DNA of 63,268 nucleotides, filler included, from Saprolegnia diclina VS20 (taxonomy: Eukaryota): NCBI RefSeq assembly GCF_000281045.1. It is 6 parts of 2 records of this genome, joined end to end, with 100 filler letters (N's around TTAATTAATTAA, not from the genome) between each part and the next. Parts side by side here need not be neighbours in the genome. Positions count along the whole stretch, not along the records: positions 19,635 to 37,881 come from NW_008246175.1; positions 37,982 to 40,252 come from NW_008246175.1; positions 40,353 to 55,198 come from NW_008246175.1; 3 more parts are not named here. One strand, 5' to 3'. The position numbers were made by a program, and so were the translations under genes. The notes beneath the pieces were generated by a model, which ran no database searches, was not told the DNA's origin, and was given only the letters and a program-made list of their open reading frames with translations. This document shows, piece after piece, positions 33,759-46,208 of the stretch; position 1 is the stretch's first letter; the number at the start of each line of letters is the position of its first letter.

Positions 33759-33824
33759 TCCACCGTACTAGTAAGCGACAAGGAATACAACGCAGACATG
33801 CATCTTAGTTAGTAGACGATGCGA

Positions 33825-34160
33825 CTAGGCCTTGCGGAAGTACGCGTGTTTCATCATGTTGGTGACGATGCTCAGTAGAAATCCGCTGGCAAAGAGCGCG
33901 CCCATGAGCAGAATGTACGCAAAGACAGAGATCATCGCTTGCTCCGTCGACGTCTGCTTGTCGTTGTAGAGATACACGGTCACGACCTCGCGGTTGCGCC
34001 AGCCCTTCTCCGCCAAGACGGACGTGATGGCAATCAGGGCCATGCGCAGCGGCAGTGGCAACGAGGGCTCGTCGCGCTCGCCTGCTTCGCTCGTCGTACT
34101 CACTTGGCTGCTCGGCGGCGTCTCGGCCTTGCCTTGACCCCGTCGCTTCTTGACCGCCAT
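33825..34160 (-). CDS. Small two-TM hypothetical protein, 111 aa
   Basis: ORF with basic N-terminus, two hydrophobic helices and coding-like codon usage. Confidence 0.65.
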   Translation of the reverse strand: MAVKKRRGQGKAETPPSSQVSTTSEAGERDEPSLPLPLRMALIAITSVLAEKGWRNREVVTVYLYNDKQTSTEQAMISVFAYILLMGALFASGFLLSIVTNMMKHAYFRKA

Positions 34161-34215
34161 TTTGTGCTTCCTGCTGGAAAGTGCAAATGTCACACTATAT
34201 TACCGATGCTACGCT

Positions 34216-35240
34216 TCAATGCAAATAGTATGGACTAAATGGCGCCGACCATCTCAACAGCTTGGGAGCTTGGGATTGCAGCCTCCACGAGGAGTGCACA
34301 CATGGATGATTAGGACTAGGTCTACGCACTACTATTAGGTTAAGGACTATCGAGCTCGGCCAACAGCGAACGCAACAGCGCCCTAGAGGTGGAAAGGTGA
34401 GCCACTTGGTCGATGCTCGAGTGTAGAATTTATACTCGGTCTTTCTCGACTCGTCGAGCCCTTGGGCGATAATGGCGTGGCGCTCTTGAAGGACGGCTGT
34501 ATATTCGGCTTTCGACTTTGTTGGGGGCAGGTCCGCAGGAGGAACATCTCTCTTGGCTTCTCGCACATTCGTGGCCTTGTCCCTCTATGTAGTGGGCGGT
34601 GACACCAAACATCGCTAGGCGTCCAACTACCTTGCGCTCCAACTGGGCTTGCAGATCTCGGATCTTGACCTTGTCCTCGGCACGCGTCTCTCGCAGCTCC
34701 TTGTTCTGCTGCGTGAGCTCTGCGTTCTGCTCTACCAACACTTTGTTGGTCTCTGCCAGCTTCTTCTTGGCGGCCACGTGCTTCTTCTCTCGGTCTACAA
34801 TGGCGCTGGTTCAGATCTTTGATGTGCTACACGACGACCTTCGAGCTGTGCAATCCTGCTCGTGAGGCGCTCAACATCGGCCTTGAGCTTGAAGGTTTCG
34901 CTGATTTCAAGAAAATGGTTGCTCTGCCGGAGCAGCTCGGCATGCTTGTCTGTGAGCAGCGAATCGTCGTCTCGTGGGGCCTTGGGCGGCCGCGATGGCT
35001 CGGCATCGTCGCTCGGTTTCTTGACCGGCCTACGATAGTCAGCACAGTCAGCGCCGTATCTTCATGGGCCACGTACCTCTTGGGTGCGACAACCACCTCT
35101 CTCGGCACGGTCCGTGGGCGCTCCATCACCCGCTTCGCCCCTGGCACCGTCGTCGCCGCCACGACGACCGGGATCTTGGACCCGCTAGACAGACGGAACC
35201 TACGCTTCTTCGTCATCGCATTGCATCGGGCAGATGCCAT
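34216..35240 (-). CDS. Hypothetical spliced coiled-coil protein (ends uncertain)
   Basis: Three plausible GT-AG introns join frames to give LKADVERLTSRIAQLE|DREKKH..LVEQNAELTQQNKEL. Confidence 0.45.
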
Positions 35241-35538
35241 GCTGGTGCTACCGCTTCGCCGGTGCGCTTGACCTTGCCGCCGTCGCCGCCGAGTCGGTCT
35301 CCCGCTTGGACATGTTTGAAATTTAAATGGACCCTCGCTATCCGGATACGTACGGATATCGGCGGTCGAATTGCCAGCGAGGTTTGGCGCCAAGGTGAAC
35401 GCCGCCTCGCGCTACTCGGTACCGGTATGCAGATAATTTGGCAATATTGTCATCTGTTGCACGACAAATTTGTACAGGGAGTGTACACATCAGTTCGTGA
35501 TTAGGGAACGAATGCTAGTGTTTTTGTTAGGACTACAA

Positions 35539-37355
35539 CTACAAGTCGGTCGTCGAGCTGGTCGGTTTGATCGCAAACGGCGCTGCTGTGTCTTTGGCGA
35601 TCGACATTTTTTCTTGGAGGAACCGCGCAAAGTCCATGGACGATATGACCGTATTGTTGGACATCGCGTCTAGCCTTTTGAACGCTTGTGTCGTCTTGCT
35701 TGGCGCAAGCAGCGCCGACTGCTTCCGCTTCGTCTGCAGCGCCTGCAAGTGCAGCAGCCGGTACCATGCCGTGACGCCATTATACGTCTTGGACGCCAAA
35801 TCGTCCAGAATGGCCTCCTTCTGCAGTCCGTATATTGTCATCTGTGTCACAAGACAATTTGGTCACAGCGGCGACACATCCGGTACCCGTACCTCGGCGA
35901 GGATCGCGCGGTGGGTGCTGGCCTCGGCCACAAAGAGCGACGTCATCGAGTCGATCGTGACGGGTGTCCGCTTTGCGACTACCTCTTCCACGCATAGCCA
36001 CTGGTGGTGGCGCATTTGCTCGACGCACAAGCGCTACACGTTGTTGGTTGCAAAATCAACATGACACGATCGCACCTGGTTGACATTGACTGTGAGCACA
36101 CCACGAAGGAGGTCGACCAACGGCGGGGAGAGGTGGGCTGGCATTTCGAAAACACCCCGGCAGATTTTAGGATACAGCTGCGCGGGTGACGGCGCATCAA
36201 AGGGGATGGTGCCCGTGACCAAAAGATACAGCAGGATGCCAAGACTCCACGCGTCCACGGGTCTACGCCATGTGACATGGTGCCGTCACGGCACAAACAT
36301 ACTACGTACTTGCCCTCGTAGAGCTCGTGGGCAATAATTTCCGGTGCCTAGATACCAAGTCCTTACCACAAAAGGCTATACATGAAAATAGCACCATAAA
36401 GGCTGGCGTGCCGCAAAAGGCCGTGAGCTTCGGCTGCACCTTGGCCGTGTCCCGCGCCCCGAGCCCGAAGTCCACGAGCTTGACCAGCGGAGGGCGCCCC
36501 GCGCTCTCTTGAATGAGAATGTTTTGTGGCTGTAAACGTGGTTGGCTAGTTGTAGCTCTAGGAAATGGTACGAGGCAAGGTACCTTGATGTCGCGGTGGA
36601 TAATGTGCTTTCGGTGGAGATAGCCCATCGCGTCGGTGATTTGCTGAAAGATGACGCGCGCCACGTCTTCGTCGAGCTTGGTCTTGCGGGCCATGTACTT
36701 GCCGAGGTCCTCCCTACATGCGTCACGATCCTGCGATTGCATGTGAAGCGAACCCGTCGCAGTGCTCCATGACGATCGTAATGTGGTCCTTCGTCTCAAG
36801 GATCTCGTAGAGGCGCACAATGTTTGGGTGGTCGATTTCCTTCATAATGTCAATCTGCACCACATGTAAACAACCCAGAATCTGGTAAGACGCCACCTCT
36901 TTCTGGATCGAGGATATCTGGTCCGACACGATCGCTTTAGACTTGGAGTAGACTTTGAGCGCGACGCGGCGCTGGCTCAAGCGGTGCACGCCCGTGCGCA
37001 CTTGGCCGAACTGGCCGTTGCCAATGACCTAGACCACCATCTTCAACATGGCCCATCGACGCAGTATAGAGGGCGTACAGCGCCAAGCTGGTACAGCTCG
37101 AGCGAATTGTTGGCGACGAGTGCCTTGAGTACACGGTCGCGCTCTGCAACGCTCGGCTGCTTGATTTTCTTCTTAAGCAGCGTCGAGGACGGCGGCCCGG
37201 ACGCTTGCCGAGACCGATTCGCAGCGCTGTGTAAAAGTCGCAGCGGTGTCGGTGACGACGTAGGACGTGCCATGCCCTAGTACAGCCCGGCATCATGTCA
37301 CCACAATGACCGGGAGATGGGCGCTTCGTACCCGAGGCCCGGGGTTGACGGCCAT
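35539..37355 (-). CDS. Ser/Thr kinase, MARK/SNF1(AMPK)-related, with UBA-like domain; multi-exon
   Basis: IGNGQFGQV, VALK, HPNIVRLYE, HRDIK|PQNIL, DFG, FCGTPAFM|APE, DAWSLG, YNGVTAWYRLL. Confidence 0.92.
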
Positions 37356-38206
37356 CGCCGGTTTTAGACTGCTCCTTTGATTGGACAAATGTCGTGCAAG
37401 CGTTGGATAACGGTGTAAGTGGCTAGTCCTTTTCGTTTATCTCGTCGACAAACGCTTTCGGGCGTACTCAAGACGCCTCCATGTCAACACAAAGCGCATT
37501 CGCTCCTTCCTGTGTGTCTAGGAGCGCTTGATGATATCCCTCCTCAACGACGACGATGCAGCAGGAGATCGATGACAATCCCGTCGCTCGGTCGGTGTCA
37601 GGACCTCGTCGACGGTGCATCGCCCGGCTCGGGAACTTGGGCGAACGACCAACTGGGTGCTGGAAAAAGCGAGCGGGTTCGAACCATGACGGAACTTTGT
37701 GAGCCGACAAAGTAGCAGTGCGAAACCTGAGGAGCACCAACGCGCCAACCACACTGGACGATCGGGTATTGAAGTACAGAGCTGAGGATCCCATACTATC
37801 GGCGGAGGCAAGATCGGCATACCGTCAACCTCAGCCGCTCCAAATCCACCGTTACTTTAGGCCATGGCCCCAATCGAGTCTNNNNNNNNNNNNNNNNNNN
37901 NNNNNNNNNNNNNNNNNNNNNNNNNTTAATTAATTAANNNNNNNNNNNNNNNNNNNNNNNNNNNNNNNNNNNNNNNNNNNNCATCCGCGACCTCGAGGCG
38001 ACACGCGGGTTAGGTGGTGTATTTAGGAAAAAGAAGCGTTAGAGTCAATAGATAGATAGGTAGGTAGTCAATAGTTAGTGGGTTCGTTAGTTTGATAGGT
38101 GTGAATAGTTGTCATGGCAATAGAAGGAACTACGAAGAGCAACTTTCACGCGACCAACTTGCAACCGACTTCTAAATACGGTCTACCGCCAACGGCTAGC
38201 GAACTC

Positions 38207-40059
38207 ATGACGTGCGGCGTCGCGCTGCTGTTGCATGCTTTTACCTGCGGCTACATGCTCTGCTTTAGCGCCACGTATGGCATCATGCCGCCCGACGAGG
38301 CCAAGGTGCTTCGCATCTGGTCGCCGGGCGTCTGTGCTGGCGTCTGCGGCCTACTCGCCCTCTTGCACGCCCACGGCGTCGCCATGATAGTGTACCGGCA
38401 ATCCCGTCGCGTCGCGCCAAGCCCCAAGCCCCGTCGGCCGTCGACGCTTGCCCTCTACGCACAGCTCTTTGCACACGACGGCGCCTTTGGTATCCATGGC
38501 CGCCAGTACGAGGTGCGACTTGTGGTCAAGCAAGCGCTGCAGCTCCCATTGCAGGCTTACCGCGCGTACCGCCTCAGCGCGCTCCTCGTGCATCCGGGCT
38601 ACAGCGTCGCCTTTGCGTCGACACTCGCGATCAACTGCATTGCACTGCCGGGCTGGATGTGGCGCGGGCACTGGCAACGCAGCCGGCGCTGGGGCGCCTC
38701 CATCGTCGACGTTGTCGCGAGCTTTCTCCTTGGTGTTGGCTTGCCGCTGCTCATTGTCGGCAATGCAATCGTCGCCTTCTTCTTCTCGTCGCAGCGTGAC
38801 GCGCTCATTTATGACCACAAGTGGCTCAACACGTTCATCCTGATTGGCCGCTACGTTGCGATAACGTCCGCCGCTGACCTTATGGTCTACACGATATTGA
38901 ACGTCGCTTTCTGGACAGCGCTCCAGACGCTGGCGATGGCCTCGAGCCGGTACAGCACTTTGCATTTCTTGATTTTCAATTGCAACGACCAAGTGGACTT
39001 AGGTCGCTCATGGTATCTGTACCAACCGAGATGACAACGCACTGGCTGCGGCTGCCGTACACCATCTACTCGGTCGGACTCGGTATCCTTGTGCTTGGCG
39101 CTAGTATCTCGTCCATCGTCGCTCGGGCGACATGCGACGCAGGGTGTGAGCTGCAGACGTACCCGTGGTTCTCGACAGACTGCCACTGCATCATGTACAC
39201 ACTCACTTGCAACCAAACAACAAACGTCAGCAGCAGCGACAACATTCATGCGTTGCTAGCAACGAACTTTACCGATGTCTTTGACTTGACCATCCGAGAG
39301 TGCCGGCTCCCCCACGGCCTCAATGCGTCACTCCTGGATACGTTTACGCAGCTCTACTCGCTGCGGCTCTGGCGCACGAGCACAGTCGAGTGGGACGCGC
39401 CGACGCTACCATCGTCGGTCTGCGCCGTGTACTTGCAAGATCTGCCGTTGCAGGCGGTGCCACGGCTGCTGTGGCCGCCCACAACCGGTCTCCAGTACAT
39501 ATTTTTGCGCAATGCATCTCTGTCGATGAACCAGACACTTCCGCTTTGGACCACTCTCACGCAGCTCGACGTCTCGGGTGCTCAACTGGGCGCTATACCG
39601 GACCACATCTGGTCGCTTCCGATCACAACGCTGAGCTGGAACAGCAATGCGTTAACGGCATTGCCGCTGCAGCTGTTCAATGTGCCCACACTCGGCTCCG
39701 TGTACCTCTTCAACAACTCGATCACCGAGCTGCCACCAATGTTGGCGACCACCTTCTGGCCCAAGGGCCTCCAAAGCATCTACCTTAACGGAAATCCGCT
39801 GACCACTTTGCCGTCGACACTGCCCTTTGAGTGGCTCAACTCGTCGCGGCTCGTGATTCGGGATACGCTGTTTTGCACTCGCCTCGCGGGCCGACCGCCG
39901 ACGAACACGCTCGAAGTCAATATTGTGGCCAATATGGAGGCGATCTGTGGCCACGACTGCGGCGTCGGCTGCCTCGGACGGCTCGTTGGCAACACCGAGT
40001 GCGACAACCAGTGCAACACCCCGGCGTGTGCTTTTGACGGCGGCGACTGCGACATGTGA
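38207..40059 (+). CDS. Multi-TM protein with leucine-rich repeats and C-terminal LNR (Lin12/Notch) repeat; intron 38950-39002
   Basis: Several TM segments, LxxLxLxxN-type repeats, terminal CGVGC....VGNTECDNQCNTPACAFDGGDC. An alternative ATG lies at 38114. Confidence 0.85.
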
Positions 40060-40157
40060 GCGCCGGCAACGACAAGGGTTAGGGCTGCGGCGCAGTTCTT
40101 ATAGTCAAGATCGCGGCGATGAGATCGGTCAGCCGAACCCAATCTCCGTCGAATGTA

Positions 40158-40252
<95 letters not shown>
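40158..40252. repeat. (TATC)n microsatellite, at least 23 units, running into a gap
   Basis: Perfect tetranucleotide array. Confidence 0.98.
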
Positions 40253-40418
40253 NNNNNNNNNNNNNNNNNNNNNNNNNNNNNNNNNNNNNNNNNNNNTTAA
40301 TTAATTAANNNNNNNNNNNNNNNNNNNNNNNNNNNNNNNNNNNNNNNNNNNNCAAGCGCTTGAAATAGCTCCCCGTCTCCATAGCCGAGTGACTAATAAA
40401 AAGGCACACGTTGGCACC

Positions 40419-42333
40419 ATGTCGGCCGCGCCCAGCACGTCCAAGATTGCAGTGTCGTCGTCGGCGTCGACGGTGCCCCGATTATTGGCGCCGACCATCC
40501 ACGTCAAGCTCTTTTCCGCGTCCGCCTTCGACATTTGGTCGCTCGGCATCGTGATCGTGATCGGTGGCCAGTACTTTTGCTGGAACGTCGGGCTCACGGC
40601 CGGCGTCTTGAGCAACGCCCTCGCGCTCTTCTTCATGGGTACGGCGTACGTCTGCCTCATCCTCAGCATGGCCGAGATGACAGCGACGCTGCCGTTCGCG
40701 GGTGGCGCGTACGGCCTCAGTCGATGCTGCGTCGGGTACTTTTGCGGCTTTGTCATTGGCTGCTGCGAAGCGCTCGAGTACATTGCGTACGTGAGCAGCA
40801 GCGTGCTCACGCTCGGGCAGATGCTGCAGGTCATTTTTCCCGTAATCTCAACCGACCATTTACCGCTCGTATGGCTCGCGATCTACGTCCTCGCGATCGT
40901 GGTTCACGTCATCGGCGGACGGTTCTTTTGGAATTTTACCCGCGTGCTTGCGGTCCTCTCGACCTTAATTGTTGTCATTTACCTTTTGGGGTCGCTGCCG
41001 GCTGTGAGCTACGCCGAGTACGGCGGCGGCGTCGACAATCTCGTCGTCGGTGGGTTTGGCGAGTTCTTCACCAACATGCCGCTGGCGGCGTGGTTTTTCG
41101 TCGGCATTGAATCCCTCAACACGCTGTGCAGCACGGTCGAGAACCCGAAGGAAGTGATCCCGCGAGGCCAGATCCCGTGTGTGCTCACACTGTTTGTCAG
41201 CGGTTTTGCCGTCTTTTTTGTGGCCGTGAGCTTGCCACCGGGAGCGATCCTCCTCTCGAATGTCCTCGCTGTCTTCAACCCAGGTACTATGAATCAAAGT
41301 GGAGCAAATCAAAGTAACGAGGGGTAGGGTTCATCCAGATGTTTGGCATGACCGCAGACATTGCGATGATTCTCTCAATCCCAGCAACATTTGCGACCAT
41401 CTTTGGCTTTATCTTGGCATATGCCAACATTCTCTCGGCGCTGGCAAACTCGCGACTGCTGCCACTCTGGATCGGCGCCATCCACCCAAAGTTCCACACG
41501 CAAACGAACGCGCTCATAATTGGCTCGGTCATGGGCTACATCCTCTGCTTTTGCGTCACTTACAGCCCGACTTTGGGCAAAGAGCTCTTCAACATTTGCA
41601 TGTTCTTTGGCTTTTCCTGCTACATGGCGCAGTGTGCCGGGTATCTCTACCTCAAGCGCGAGTTCGGTCACTTGCCGAGAAGCTTTACGAGTCCCGTTGG
41701 CAAACCCGGGGTTTACTACGCGGCCATCGTGTGGATCTTGAATTGGATCTCGATCGTGGGCTGTCAGGAGAACGCCGCGTTCCTTCTTTCGGTCGTAAGC
41801 TCGATTGTTACGGTACTCATTGTCTATTACCTCGGCTACGCCAAACACCGCCAAACCTTCTCAGACGACGAGCGCAAAATTCTCTTCTTTGCCCACGTGT
41901 CAAAAAGTAGGTTCTGTCGCGTATGGATCGGTGCAGGCTGAGCTCCTTGAATGTAGGTAACCAGCGCAAGCGTAAGAAGAAGGCACGTCAAAAGACACTT
42001 CCGCGCTGGGCCCTAGCCGTCCTGCGTGTGCTCGAGTGGTTCTGGCACATTTGGAGCTTGCGAACTCACTCTCGGAGCGTCTCGACCACGGGCAACTCGG
42101 TGAATACAACCATCCATCCGTGGCGCCAACGGTGGGCTTCGTTTCGGTTCCTTCAGCTTCTCCAGCCCAACCGTGTCGTGCACTTGACGCCGCGAAGCCA
42201 AGTCTCGTCGTATGGACCGCCCGCAAACATGCCCACTACCAACATACCAGGCTTTCGTCCCGCCAAGCCAGCGGCGTCCACGAGGCTCTCGGCCCCCAAG
42301 GAGAACAACTTGCTTGTCGAAGAATACAACTAA
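40419..42333 (+). CDS. APC-superfamily amino acid/amine permease, copy 1, three exons
   Basis: IWSLGI.IVIGGQYF.WN.GL, EMT.TLPFAGGAYG, WFFVG.ES; about 12 TM segments. Confidence 0.9.
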
Positions 42334-42491
42334 GTCGTCAGCGACGCTGATACATATATTGAGTGTCCTTTTCGCACAGTGCAACCACGTCAGTCATCGT
42401 ATCTTTGCAGGATGTTACGTCGTAGACAGGAGGGACGTGGCCATCTAAATATATAGTTCAGTGCGCCTTTTCTGTGCTGTTTCGCCCACCG

Positions 42492-44283
42492 ATGACCGCG
42501 CCGCCGCTTCTACGCGCCTCGGCCTTGGACATTTGGTCGCTCGGGATCGCAATCGTGATTGGCGGTCAGTACTTTTCGTGGAACGCCGGGCTCACTGCCG
42601 GCGTCGCCAGCTACGGCCTCGCACTCGCACTCATGGGCTCGGCGTACGTTTGCCTCGTGCTCAGTATCGCCGAGATGACATCGACGCTGCCCTTTGCTGG
42701 CGGCGCGTACGGTTTGAGCCGGTGCTGCCTCGGGTACTTTTCGGGCTTTGTCATTGGGTGTTGCGAAGTCCTCGAGTACATTGCGTACGTGAGCAGCAGC
42801 GTGCTCACGCTCGGGCAGATGCTCCAGATCGTGTTTCCAGTCCTCTCGGATGCGTATCTGCCGCTCGTGTGGCTCGCGATTTACGTCGTAGCAGTGGCCA
42901 TTCACATTCGCGGCGGTCGAGTCTTTTGGCTGCTCGTGCGCGCCCTTGCGTTCCTCTCCATCAGCGTCTTAGTGCTCTACTGCGTCGGGTCGCTTTCGTT
43001 TGTTCGCTTCGACTTGTATGCAGGTAGCGCCACCGTTGGCGGCGCCACCAGCTTTTTCACGAGTATGCCGCTCGCCGCGTGGTTCTTTGTTGGCGTCGAG
43101 TCGCTCAATACGCTTGCCAATACGATTCACGACCCCAAGATTGTGATTCCGCGCGGCCAAATCCCGTGCGTCCTCGCTCTGTGTCTCACGGGCATCAGTG
43201 TCTTTTTCGTTGCTGTGAGCTTGCCCCCAGGCGCTGCGGCCCTTCCCAGCGTCGTTGCCATCTTCAATCCCGGTAGAAATCGAGCGTCAAGGACGGATTA
43301 TTGATCCACGTATAGGGTTCACCTTGATGTTTGGCATTTCGAATGAGGTTGCGACCTTGTTCTCGATCCCCGCGACCTTTGCGACCATTTTTGGCTTTAT
43401 CTTGGCCTATGCCAACATCCTCTCGGCGCTCGCCAACTCCAAGCTCCTGCCGGTCTGGGTCGGCGCCGTCCACCCAACATACCACACGCAAGCCAACGCC
43501 TTGATCGTCGGCTCGGTCATTGGCTACATCCTCTGCTTTTGCGTCACATACAGCCCGACGTTAGGCGAAGTGCTCTTCAACATTTGCATGTTCTTTGGCT
43601 TCTCGGCCTACCTCGCGCAGTGTGCAGGGTACCTCTACCTCAGGCGCGAGTTCAAGCATTTACCCCGGCAGTTCAAAAGCCCGGTCGGCAAGCCCGGAGT
43701 CTACTACGCAGCGATCGTGTGGAGCATGAATTGGATCTCGATCGTGTGCTGTCAAGGCAACACGGCGTACCTCCTCTCGTGCATCAGCGCCATTTTAGTG
43801 CTCTTGACCCTCTACTACTATACGTATGCCAAGAGCCGGCAGTCCATCTCGGACGACGAGCGCAAGATTTTGCTCTTTGTCCACGTGGCGAAAAGTACGT
43901 AATCGTTGTCGACAAGGGTCGCACATTTGATTTGTCATATAGACAATAGCAACAAGAGCAAGCGGTCCCGCGCGCGGGCGACGCGCTGGGGCCGCCTCAA
44001 GGGCAAGCTTGAGAGCCTTGTGAGCAAGGCGCGGCGATCCCATGCAAGCTCGCGCAACAGCGTCACAACACTCGGCACCTCGTCGCGCGACTCGGTGCGC
44101 CAGGTGCATTTTTTTTCGTGGCTTGCGCCAACCAAAACGGCGCCGACACCAATGGGACCACCGGGTGCCACGACCGACGTCGCCAAACTTGACCGGTCGA
44201 TGAAAAAGCCCCACACAATCGCACCGACGGTCAACGAATTGCAGCCCGCTGAGCCGGTCATGCACGTCGAAGATGTTCACTAA
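42492..44283 (+). CDS. APC-superfamily amino acid/amine permease, copy 2, three exons
   Basis: Same motifs and intron positions as copy 1; divergent C-terminal tail. Confidence 0.9.
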
Positions 44284-44699
44284 GGAGCCAAATCTATACA
44301 TATATACAATATGACTGCACAAACGAATAGCGTCAACCGTGTTGTGGCTAGTACATGATGAAGCGGCAAAATACCGTGCCAACCATGTCAACCAGCGATT
44401 ACACGGGTAGAGTTGGCTCCTCGCGGGGTGGCTACGGTCGGCAGTTGATCGACGCACAGAGAGCAAAGACTTGCACTTGCCACAGCGCTCTCGACGAGCA
44501 GCGGCAAGTCGTCGACTGCTGCATCGGACCCGTGTTTTTAGCGCCAAGAGCCAAGAGCCAAGAGCGGGTTTCGACCTGAGAAAGGCCAGGTTGCGCATGG
44601 CAATCTTCGGTGCTGGCCAATCAAAAGTGAGCAATTTCACAAGCTTGCGTCCGTTTTACTATTTCAAGCGCCGGAACGGACAGTGCAGACACGTTCTTC

Positions 44700-45778
44700 A
44701 TGGGCGCGACGGGATCGTGCGAGGTGTTTGGCGACGGTGAGCTCGAGGCCGAGCTCACCAAGCGCGGCGGCCGTGGCGACCTCAGCGTCACGCAGGCCGT
44801 GCAGAGCGGCTACAACCAGATGATCTCGTGGCTCCTCCAGCCGCCGCGCAAGACGTATACCCTTGACCAGCTCGGCCCGTTGACGTGGACGCTCGGCGAC
44901 AGCTGCATCACGCGCACCGACTTCAACGTCGTGTGCAACAGCGTCAGTACCAACGAGCCGTACAGCGTGCGCGGCTACCTCTGGCGCGCCGCCAACGAGG
45001 TACTCAACCCTCGCATCTCGTGTGTACAATGGCGTTGTAGGGCCGGTCGTTGGTCGTCTACATGCACTCCAACATGGCGTCGTCGATCGATGCAATCCCC
45101 ATACGTGACGCATGTCTCGGTGCGGGATTCGCCTTTGCGGCCTTTGACTTTGGCGGCTGCGGGCTCTCGACGGGCCCATTTGTCACCGGCGGGTTCGAAG
45201 AGCGGTTGCAGCTGCAGGCTGTGCTGTCAACATTAAGCGCGTTGGAGCCAGCATACAAGCAAGTCTTTCTGTGGGGCCACAGCCTCGGTGCGGCGACAGC
45301 ACTCGAGTTCACCGCGATGGCGCCAGAAGGAGACACTACTGTGGCCGGCCTCGTCCTCGACAGCCCGTACACCTCGCTCGCGGATATGATTCAGAGCTGC
45401 TTTGAAAACGCCAAGAGCCAAGGACTGTACCTTCCGGGATTTGTGCTGTGGATGACAATGGCGCTCGCACGCAAGAGCATCCAATCGCGCGCTGGTTTCT
45501 CTGTCGACGCTGTACAAGAGTTGGAAAAGGGCATCGAGTCTTATGCGCCGCATTAGGTGCACCCGGAAAATGCAAGTCGCAAGTGCCACGTACCTGCGCT
45601 CTTCTTCAGCGGATCCCACGATTTGTATGTGCCCCCCACTATGGCGTCGCGCGTGCATGACGCGTACGGCGGCCCTGCCACGCCCATGACGTTCGATGGC
45701 GATCATTACGGGCAGCGACCGATTGGCGTCCAGAAGGGCGCCATCACCTTTCTCAAGTCGCTCGCCACAAACTCTTAA
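44700..45778 (+). CDS. Alpha/beta hydrolase, three exons, possible N-myristoylation (MGATGSC)
   Basis: AFDFGGCG.S.G.FV..G..E, nucleophile GHSLG, VLDSPY, Asp in GSHD, His in GDH. Confidence 0.88.
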
Positions 45779-46208
45779 CTCTCCCAGACCTAAAGGCATC
45801 ATCAACCAGTGCTGCCAACCTTTATGATTCTTCAATGCTTGCTTGCATGTGACGGACGTAGAGTGAGCAAAGACCAAGGCCAGCCTGCGTCCAAGAGACT
45901 ATGCAAAGCGGTCGACCACGGTAGACGGCGGAGCAACCGGAAGCGCGATGCAGCCAGCGGGATTTAGCGTCATTGAATGCACGTGTACCTCGGTCCATAC
46001 CGGTACTAGTACAAGGCGGATGCGAGTCCTTGCCAAAAATCTCTACTCGCTAAAGGCAAGCACACTGGCGGGTCGTTCTTCTGACGCGCCGTGTGATGGA
46101 CCGTTGCCATCGTTGACGCGATCAACGGGACATGATCCGGGCCTCGTCATGTAAGATGCAAATGCTATTAACGTCCATATCTACGTAAACGGACTATTGC
46201 CCGTGTCG

